DNA of 64,000 nucleotides from Lingula anatina (Eukaryota; Animalia; Brachiopoda), in assembly GCA_051362555.1 (NCBI GenBank), contig CM120645.1, positions 11,408,001 through 11,472,000 of the forward strand. The letters are read 5' to 3'. The position numbers were made by a program, and so were the translations under genes. Below, piece after piece: positions 11,393 to 21,900 of this stretch. Position 1 is the stretch's first letter. Each line of letters opens with the position of its first letter. The notes under the pieces are model-generated. The model was not told the origin of the DNA. It saw nothing but the letters and a program-made list of their open reading frames with translations, and made no database searches.

Positions 11393-14300
11393 TTATGGTG
11401 GTGGCGTAAGGCTGCTGCAGTCTAACTCGGGACAGCATCGACCAGGTTTCGGGGGTTTCAAGACGCATCCAGGGGGGACCTTGCCCGTCCAATCAGGACA
11501 CCTGAAATAAAAATAAAACTTAAAATTGCGTGTCAAATTGACATTACGTGACAACTGTGTTAACTGAACATACAAATTAACAGTGGAACAAGTCTCTAAA
11601 AAAAGCATTCATAGTAAATTCATTATAAATGTTATACTAGGCAACTGGTAATAAATGTTTTAATGATGCCACATAAAGACATGAAGCTAAAGATTTTAAC
11701 GTACAAAGGTTCGCAATAGATGAAATTCAACAAAGGCTGAATGCAGATGCAGCTTTTCTCACAACCAACATCCCATCTCTCATTTTGGCTGTACAATACA
11801 TTGTTGTCTACGCAGCGGTCTGAAATAGAGATGATGACACTGTCTCTTTTAACGGATAGACAAACTTCGCACACGCGCCAAAATATATTAGAGAATAACA
11901 CCGGCATTCCTCCACGTACACATCTAATTACACACACGTGCGCATTCGCAAGCACAAAATAAAGATGTGAATTAAATAAATAAATAAATAACAAGGTTGG
12001 GAAACACATTTATCAATTTCAACGTTAACATACACCAGTTTCCAAAGTCCTTACCTTTTGGAGCAGTCACAATTGACGCCTTTTCGGTGGTACTGGTAAT
12101 AGTAGTAGCAGCAGTAGTAGTAGTAAAAGTAATGTGCGGCGAAGACGGCAGAGTTGACGTCGATGTTGGCTGTGACGTTGTAGTCTGCTTTGTGCTAGTT
12201 GACGTTGGCTGTGACGTTGTAGTCTGCTTTGTGCTAGTCGACGTTGGCTGTGACGTTGTTGTCTGCTTTGTGCTAGTCGACGTTGGCTGTGACGTTGTTG
12301 TCTGCTTTGTGCTAGTCGACGTTGGCTGTGACGTTGTTGTCTGCTTTGTGCTAGTCGACGTTGGCAGTGACGTTGTTGTTTGCTTTGTGCTAGTCGACGT
12401 TGGCTGTGACGTTGTTTGCTTTGTGCTTGTCGACGTTGGCTGTGACGTTGTTGTCTTCTTTGTGCTAGTCAACGTTGGCAGTGACGTTGTTGTCTGCTTT
12501 GTGCTAGTCGACGTTGGCTGTGACGTTGTTGTCTGCTTTGTGCTAGTCGACGTTGGCAGTGACGTTGCTGTCAGCTTTGTGCTGGTCGACGTTGGCTGTG
12601 ACGTTGTTGTCTGCTTTGTGCTAGTCGACGTTGGCTGTGACGTTGTTGTCTGCTTTGTGCTGGTCGACGTTGGCTGTGGCGTTGTTGTCTGCTTGGTGCT
12701 AGTCGACGTTGGTTGTGGCGTTGTTGTCTTCTTTGTGCTAGCCGACTTTGGCAGTGACGTTGTTGTGTGCTTTGTGCTAGTTAACGTTAGCTGTGACGTT
12801 GTTGTCTTCTCTGTACTAGTTGAAGTTGTTGACATGGTCGTCAACTTTTTTGGCGTGGGTCTCGTGGCAACTGTCGTCACTTTTGGACGCCTAGTCTTCC
12901 TTTGGGTTGTAATTTTTAGGAAGTTTGTGGCAACTGATGTTACTTTTGGACGACACGTCTTCCTACGGGTCGTAATTATTGGAGGTTTCTTGGTCTTTGA
13001 AGTCACTGTGGTTGCTACTGTACCTATTAATGAAAAAGGCTACACACATTTATAGGCTAAATTCTGCCCTACATCCAACACGAAGGACTTAATTTGCATT
13101 GGAATTCATTGGTAAGATTAAGCACTTGCAAGACCAAATTTCAAAACCCGTGTGCTGTACATGATGTATGCAAATTACTTGCAGGCTGTGGCTGACCTAC
13201 CTTTTTTAGCCTTACAGATATAAGGCAATTTCCCCGCACAATTGCCTTGAGTTAGCCGCCCGCCCCACGACCCGCTCACAAGTCCACAGCGGCGTTTGGA
13301 GCGAGGTCCCTCTTTCCAGACCCTGGTGTGGGAAAAGAAATTCCTAGAGTTATCGATGATATTCCGAATCTTACCGACAATCATTAAGAATAGTACTCTA
13401 CTGACATGCATCTTACAGGACGTCAGAGATAAGTATAAGACAACTTACGCCAGTGATCTGTCGCCATTTTTCTCTGCCCATTCCCAACTCCCTCTGATGT
13501 TTATAAAGCTAGACCACCACTTGTTTAAACGAGAATCTCTCTTTTCATAGTTGAGCATTTGTTGAGTTAGCCATTGCTATGTATCCGACATGAAATACAA
13601 AATATGACACCTATAAGAATAATAATGATAATAAAATAACAAAAACAACAAAATGATAATTATTATCATTTTAATGCATTTTGAAAGAAAACCCAGTATT
13701 ATTTAACATTTTACGTGTATACTATTTCAATATTAGAGACTCCCATAATGTTGTATATTATTCCTTTTATACTTTTTGAAAAATTGCAGAAAGGGGTAAC
13801 CGTAAATTACCTACCTGTTCGCATTCTGAGGAATAAGAGAGCAGATCTGCATTCTGGGAAGCACAATCTGCGCGCGCATCACGCCACGTTTTCCTATCAG
13901 AGTAACTGCTGAAACTGAAGCAGAAGTTGCTGTACGGGCTTTCCCTCCAGCCCTTCGGACAGCCGTGTTGGTACTCTGCAAACATAAAGATCCATTATCG
14001 ATCCAACTAGTATGATGGGTTTATCTGAACGCTCCCTAAAACTGTCGCCCTTTTCTCTCTGAACCAGTAGTCTAATCAGCGACATGTAGTTTCCTTCGCG
14101 AAGTCTTTTGGCACATGATTGTTTGACAATTTTCATGTTAAATATTACATTTAACCCTAAACTTCTCTCTTCAACTCCTTCAATTTCTTTGAAACCTACA
14201 CGGAAATACCTCAATTTCATCTTATGGACAACATACATACGCACACAGAAAGTGTAGTTTACATAAAAGTCTAAACATGTACTGTAGTCATTATACTAGT

Positions 14301-15497
14301 CTGTTAGGTAGCCTAGTCTTTTTACATAACTTGTCTATGTATTAGTCTGTATGTGTTGCTAGTATGTATTAGTATTATCATGAAGTAATTGCTTTACATG
14401 ATATTTATCAGTTTCACTTACTTCCTGTCTTACATGATGGCTGTGTTGTTAGGTGCGTTGTCGTTTGCTTAGAAGTTCTAGTTGACTTTGGCTGTGACGT
14501 TGTTGACGTTATCAGCGACGTTTTTATCGGGGTAGGTTTCGTGGCAACTGTTGTTACTTTTGGACGCCTAGTCTTCCTTTGAGTCGTAACTATTGGAGGT
14601 TTCTTGGTATTTGAAGTGACTTTGGTTACTATTGTACCTTTTTATGAAAAAATACACCAGTAAAGGCTTAATCCTCCCATAATGCAACACCAAGGACAAT
14701 TCATTGACAAAATTAAGCGACAGTAAGACCGACATTGTAACCTGTGGGCTAGACAAGATGTATGCAATTAAGATACAGACTGTGGCTGACCTACCTTTTT
14801 TAGCCTTACAAATATAAGGCAATTTTCCAGCACAATTGCCTTGAGCTAGCCGCCCGTATAAGACAACTTACGCCAGTGATCTGTCGCCATTTTTCTCTGC
14901 CCATTTCCAACCCCCTCTGATATTTATAAAGCTAGACCACCACTTGTTTAGACGAGAATCTCTCTTTTCATACTTCAGCATTTTTTGAGTTAGCCATTGC
15001 TATGTATCCGACATGAAATACAAAATATGACATCTATAATATAATAATAATAACAATGATAATAATAATAATGATAATAATATTAATGCATTTTGAAAAA
15101 AAATCCAGCATTAGGCCTACTTATCATTTTACGTGTATATTATTTAAATATTAGAATTTAGAGACTCCCATAATGTTGTATATTATTTCATGTATACTTT
15201 TGAAAAAGGTTAGAAAAATGTAAACGGAAAACACCAACCATTTCACATTCTGAGGAATAAGAGAGCAGATCTGCATTCTGGGAAGCACAATCTGCGCGCG
15301 CATCATGCCATGTTTTCCTATCAGAGTAACTGCTGAAACTGAAGCAGAAGTTGCTGTACGGGCTTTCTCTCCAGCCCTTCGGACAGCCGTGTTTGTACTC
15401 TGCAAATATAAAGATCCATTATCCATTGTTATAGCAATGCTGTAAGACTAATTATTCCGTTGAGAAAGTCTTACCGCTAACTGTCCTCTCAAAGAAA

Positions 15498-15532
<35 letters not shown>

Positions 15533-17641
15533 ATTTATCTGCAGTCAGCACTTTGCACTGACAGAATGGAAAGAAATTTGTCGAAGGGCGGGGGGGGGGG
15601 GGGGGGTAAGAATGAAAATGATCCCTAATATAAAAACAATAGACGTTAACAATTTCATTTTGTAATCTATGTAGTTAATATGGAGATTTATGGAGATTTT
15701 GTTTCTCGCTCGTTACAATATTTCCCCCTCCCCTCCTTTTTTTGGGTGGAAGAAAGAGGAAACCAGGGGGGAATCTCTCAGGCGTACCCTAGGTTCTAGA
15801 TTCCGGTATTGCCAGCTCGATCTTGATTTCATATATAACCCATATCAACAATACCGGCTCTAGTGACCAGCGGCCATGTTACACTTCCATCAATCAAATA
15901 GAACTGCTCCGCAGTGAATCTGCAGTTGAATGTCATCAGACCAAAATGAAACGTAAAACAGATTTAATTCTGCTTTATTTAATTTTATTTGCTGTATTTA
16001 AGATGTAAAGTGAAAAAATAAATAATATTCTTCGAACAGAAAAGATATATCCAATGTTTTTGTATTTTTTGCTTATCAAAGAACATTTAGTCCTGAGATG
16101 TACACGTGCTTGCCGTGTGCCAAATTTGACAGCTACACTGTATACCCGATACCACTATAAGGGCTGCGCAATGGCTACACCAAAATCAGTTTTTAAAGCA
16201 GAATGTTGCTTCTATTGTGGCACTGACCTTCGACTGCAAGATATTTTCAATTCAAACTTCGTCAGGCACTTTGCTTCTTGTCTCGTCTGCACGAGATAAC
16301 TTCAGCGCGAGGCGGGAAAGGCAGCTCCAGGCGGTCAAACCTGTGACGTACGAGACTTATGACTTCCAAATATGGATCCAGGCGGACACAGCTGTGACGT
16401 GTGACTTCCAAATATGGAAGCGCCCCAGGCAAAATTTTGAAGAAGAACGCCCTCAGATTGTCGCTGTTCGTCAGAGCTAGTAAAAGCGACTCCATCACAA
16501 GGTATATATTTAACAAGCTAGCTTTTACGTTGCTCTGACACTCAGGGTACTCAGGCGGTGCACCCTCTGGATTCGCTATTTATCTATGTTGTCAACAGGT
16601 TCTGGCTGACGTCAGGTTAACTGTTGACAGTGTACGTAGCGGTCAGAGATAATGGACATTAGTGCTTGCCACCTGTGTGTAACCTACAGGACAACACAGG
16701 AATGAAAACTGGACTTTAGTTCTGATGACCCAGCAGCAATGTCAAACATCAACTGCCCAGATACAAAAACTGACCAGTTAAGAAAAGTCTTGTGATTTAT
16801 TTAACATAGAATAATAAAACTATCGCACTTTTCTCTCTGAAGCAGTATTCTCATCACTGGCTTGTAAAGTTCTCTTCACGGAGGCTTTACGGCGCATGAT
16901 TTTTTTAACAGCTTTGGTGTTAAATATGACATCTAAGCCCCAAAAATTTCTTAATTTCCTTCAGTTTCTTTGCTATCTACGAGGAAATATCCCATTTTCA
17001 TCGAATCGAAAATTTACGTACGCGCACAGAAAGGATCATTTAACGGCTGTTGTCAAAAGAAAAATATATGGATCTACATATACCTGTATGAAAAAAACGA
17101 GGAAATTGCTTTTCCTTTTATCGGAAAGCATTTTATCTCCTAGTCCGAAATTGAATTTGTTTTTTTTTTTTTTTTTAATTTCTGAGTTTTCTTCCTAACT
17201 GCACGTGGTAAAAATAGCTAGCTATAATTTATATAAAAGTCTATACATGTAGTCAATATACCAGTCTGTACCCATACCTAGCTTATTTTCTAGTCTTTTT
17301 ACATAACTTGTCTATACTAGTCTATACGTAGAACTAATCTACATACTAATGTCTTTACATGACGACTATCACTTTCACTTACTGCCTGTCTTACATGTTG
17401 GCTTTGGTGTCTGGTGCGTTGTCGTGTGCGTTGTTGGGCGCGTTGTCTGGCGTATCCTGGTGGGACGTGCAGTGGTCTGCCTATATCTTCCTGGACAGTT
17501 CCACTTCGTTGGTCTTCTACCGGTACAACAGAGATGTGTTTTCCAACAGAGATGTCTCGCACCAAGGCGTTGCACCCCTGTAGTGTGTACACGGTAGACG
17601 GTGCAGACTACAAGAAGCACAAGCAGCAGAGGAACACGCAT
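11393..17641 (-). CDS. Secreted C-type lectin / mucin / VWC-domain protein, paralog B, with internally duplicated lectin module
   Basis: Exons 17641-17383 (signal peptide and linker); module 1: 15399-15239, 14999-14872, broken exon remnant 14855-14795; chimeric linker exon 14637-14422; module 2: 13975-13815, 13576-13449, 13322-13201; mucin 13023-12055; VWC exons 11819-11705 and 11501-11393. Same intron phases as paralog A; module 1 cannot be spliced in frame as read. Confidence 0.8.
12150..12830 (-). repeat. 39-bp coding minisatellite (13-aa Thr/Ser mucin repeat), about 17 units
   Basis: Highly homogeneous TSQPTSTSTKQTT / TSLPTSTSTKQTT units in ORF 11972..13006. Confidence 0.95.
15785..16549. 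mobile_element. 765-bp insertion with 8-bp TSD and 6-bp TIR (unclassified DNA transposon)
   Basis: CTCAGGCG duplicated at 15777-15784 and 16550-16557; ends TACCCT...AGGGTA. The flanks align to paralog A intron 1 (~8060-8170), which lacks the insert. Confidence 0.75.
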
Positions 17642-17800
17642 GCCGCACTGTGTAATGTTACCCTACTGGTAAGGGAAACGATTGACAACGCCCAAAAGAC
17701 CGAGTTAGAAAGGCACAGAGAGCAAAAGGTGGGTCCTTCACACGACACGCGCTAAGCAAGTGACGGTGCTTAAGTTTTCTGACCAGGACACTGGTACTGT

Positions 17801-17871
17801 TCATATATACGACAATCACTCGGCAACGCGTGGTTTGAGACGCTATGTGTGACGTAACTGCCTGATGTGAC
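17801..17871 (-). promoter_or_regulatory. Putative promoter of paralog B
   Basis: Minus-strand TATATATG and block aatcactcggcaacgcgtggtttgagacgctatgtgtgacgtaactgcctgatgtgac, conserved with 9234-9291. Confidence 0.55.
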
Positions 17872-18920
17872 GACATGTTTCATAACCACTCGGTGTTGGA
17901 ATAACTTGTGAATTAAATTTAATTAGGACAAATTTTCAATGTTATTTCCGATAAAAAATTATGCAATATATTTAGAGAGGGGTATAAACTGAAGAAAATT
18001 GTTATGTCATTGAGACGATATGAGACGATATCCGAATGGTTTTATTTGCCAAACACATGAAAAACAAACCAAAATTAATAGTTTGTTGAAATATATACGA
18101 CATTACGTTTGAGAGTGGACTTGGTCAAAGGAAAATACAGGATTCACATGTGATCAATCTCGGTTAACTATATCTTGCAAAAGTATAAATTTGATTCATT
18201 TTAGTAGTTCGTTTACCATTTTAGTCCTCATTTTAACAAATGGCGTTATGCGAAAATGGGTCACGAACCAAATCTCACATAGACAAGATCATTTCAACAT
18301 TTCACAAATAAAGTTATTACATTTTGATTACGTAATGGAGAAGTTTTATTTTTTATTGTTATGAACTATTTGTGCGAGCAGTCTTATCAAAACAAAGAAA
18401 TATTCAAAATTTAATATAAATACCATTCTGTAAGCCTATAGTATAATTTTACAAATGGCAAAAACTCAAATAATTTCTCTCGCTTTGCTTGTGATAGATG
18501 GTAAACTGATGGAAGTCGAAATAATCAAGCTGACAGAAACGTAAGAAGTAATAAAAAAAACACCGAAAAGTCATCCTATCCAAAACTAGAACTTTATTTT
18601 CCAAACAAGAGACAAGAGTAATCCACTCCCCTCAACAATATATTTCATGCAGGCCTATGATTTGCATGTCCAGGTCAATAAATCCCTATGTTGTCATATC
18701 CGTGTATGGTATTGTTCCAACATCAGTCTATCTACCTGATAACAGGTACTCTAGAAATACTGTCTGCATAATAATTGAGGCTGCCTTTTTTTCTTTGTCC
18801 GCTTATTTCACTCTGAATAGCAACAGCCGTATACCGGAAACAGCCAAGGACAGTGTACATGTATGCTAGGTGAGGAGAAAAATAGCCAGCACTTTGAAAT
18901 ATGCATTTTCTCGCCCAGGT

Positions 18921-21900
18921 TTAGGTATCTGACACCTTGGTCAAAATGCGGTCCATGATCCAGCCAGGCAGTAGAGGTCCCAGGATGGCCATCAGCTGGA
19001 ATATTGAGAACAATGCCTGACCATGAAAAATAGACACAAAAAATAGACACAATCAAAATTACACCTGCCACATTAACAGTCACATCTGACACATTTATGT
19101 GTCAGAATGCCTCATGAAACATACATTGAAATTATAAGTTACTGTCTGTGGAATGATGAAATGGCAGTTAACAATGGATTTATGGTGAATGGATTTCTTC
19201 AGGAATGTGTAAAGTTTTTTAAGCCTGGCAAAAAAGACACTGACATGTTAATGGGGGGGAGGGGTAGCCATCACACAAAAAAAAATTTAATCGATTTTAG
19301 TCCATTTTCCCTGAAAACTGCATCAATAACTCAAAAAAAAAAAAAAAAAAAACGAAATCAGTTAGATTCTTAACTAACAAGCCAACAAAGGCAAAGCATA
19401 AAACTCCTTGGCGTTGGTGAAAAATATCTTTGTGACCCCTCCCCAAATTCCTCTTCCTGGAAGTGTCACTAGTACCTTATACTTGTCCACTAGAGAGGTG
19501 CTGCCCCCTATCAGGTATCTGTCTCTAGGCACCACTGACAGCAGCGCATCTTCGAACGCGTCAATGACAGGAGTGACGTCAGTTGCTGAGCCAGTAGCGT
19601 CTCCTCCAATGAAGTTCAGCACATTGCTCACGGTCTTGTCTTTGGGGTAGGCCTCTTTCAGCTCGGTGCTCATGGATTCCCATTGTTCGCTCATCTCGGG
19701 GCGTATTTTTTCAATCTAAAAGAGAGGTCTTTGAGACTGTAAGTTTTACTTATGTATATCCGGTAATATAGCTCCGGTAAGCAACAAGGTATGATGGTGA
19801 TAATTGGTTATAGAGAAGTTAAACCGTATATAATCTTTGTGTTTATCTACAATAAAATTACCTTGTTAACACGCACTTAATAGATATACCCTGCGTCTTA
19901 GAGATCATTCCCAATGAAACTATCGCTCTACGATCAAACTCTGCAGGGACTCTCGTTGATTGCAATCAGATTAATAGATAATCATGCCTCTTCTTTCCAA
20001 ACTACTCGTATATAATCACCAGCTGTTCTGTATTCTGCTCAACGCCAGAAGGAGACTTCTTAATCTGTTTATCCGATTGCAATCAGCGACAGATCGTCGG
20101 AGTTGGAATGAACTATGTAGAACGACTTTTTCATTGGGAATGCGCCCTTCCTTATGCTCACATCTACGATCGCTGTTGCTCCACCATAGTGCCCGGGCTC
20201 TACGATGACGACATCAACTCCAAATGACGTCATTTCCCGTCGAAGGCAATCCGAGAAGCATTCTGCGGCAAACTTGCTGCAACTGTACACAGATTCCAGA
20301 GGGTAAACCACCAGGCCTTTCACGCTTGTCACGTTCACAATTCTCCCTGAAATGATAAAAAATTCTTCTGGAAAGAAGACCATAATGGCCGAAGTTAGTT
20401 TGGACCAAAGGGCAACCTCGACCGGAAGCCTGGTGGCGTCATTTCTGAAATTCTGTGCTGAAATTCTCGCTGGAGAGACTGAGAGATGCACACATAATTA
20501 TCCAGAGGTACAGTTGTATATCCGTAAATGCCTTATGAAATGTCTCTTTGTAGCCCTTGTAGAGGTTTGGCTTTCACTCTCAAATATGAATGCAGTCTTT
20601 CGGGTCTTTTTCCCTCTTTTAGACGCATTATACGATGTTTTATGTTTAAAAAAAGCACCCATGTGTCAAGATCTACGTGAAATGTGCCTCATTAAGTTAA
20701 TTTGATTATTTAATTCTGCAAGGGGAAGTGAAAGAAACTTGTTACTCTAATTATATTATTCTTCAAGGGGAAGTAAAAGAAAGTGGTCTAGTTTAAGATT
20801 ATTTACGACGAAGCACGTAATTAAGATTAATTGCTTTTTCGGCAAAAAAGTCAACTAGATTTTGTCATACTAACGAATGAATACGCAAAATCTCAGACAT
20901 GTCTCCATCTGTATACGTTCTGAAAAAAGCACAAATAAGTCTCGCATACGAGAAGTGTACATATAATTAGCCAGAGAGAGAGAGAGGTAACATTTGAACA
21001 AATATGGAAAGATCTCTCAAACCTTTAGACTTTCTTATAAGCGGAAGAAAAGCCTTTGAAATCCGAACCATCCCATAAAGATTGATGTCCATGCATGCCT
21101 GGTAGCCGTCCAGGGGTGTCATTTCCACCGCTCCAAGGGGGTTGACGCCGGCGTTGTTTACCACGGCCCAGAACTCTACACAAATCAGAGAGGTGTTTTA
21201 CTTGAGTTGTAGATTATCTCGATATTTACTTTAATCAGTGAAGTCTCTCTCTAGCAAAAGCATTCAACTTTTGTTCAGTTTTGTCAATAACACAATTTAT
21301 TCAAGTATATGTTCGGCTATTCCTTTCATATAGCACTTTTCTTTGGCAAGAGGATAACAATAATAGTCTTACGTATTTTCAAACCAATGAATCAATTAAT
21401 CATCCTTCGCATATTAAATCTCATAGGTTTTATACGGGAAATATGTAGCTCTTCCCTTGTGGTCTTCTTATTTTTAAGTATTTTAAAAAAGCCAAATATA
21501 TGTGCATATGTCAGAAATTTTACATCACTTTCGTTAAAAAAAAAGAAAGAAAAAGAAAGGCAGAAGCACACGTAGGGAGGAAAAACAAAATTTAGATGGT
21601 ATAAGATCAGTTAAAATAAAAGGAGTGATTTATTCTTCCAGACGTCCAAACATAGTAAAGGTAGTGGACATGATAAAAGATGAAACAAACGATTTTGTCT
21701 CGAAATATGCCCTTCTGCGATATTTTGTTGGGTGGCGTGGAACGTAGCCTACCAGGAAGAAAAGTGAGATATGAAGATAAAATTGTCTTTGGGCGACCAG
21801 TCTACATATTATTTATTATTATTAAATTTAAAAATCTGAATAGAGTCTTAACCAGCATAGGCAAAGAAAGAATACAACTAAAAAGCAGACAAAATCTTAA

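Noticed and set aside
12150-12830. Regular ~39-bp repeats as a CRISPR-like array
   Set aside because: Head-to-tail coding minisatellite with no unique spacers, in a eukaryotic exon, with no cas genes.
11997-13055. 352-aa repetitive VLVDVGCDVVVCF ORF on the + strand
   Set aside because: Antisense shadow of the paralog B mucin repeats, not a membrane protein.
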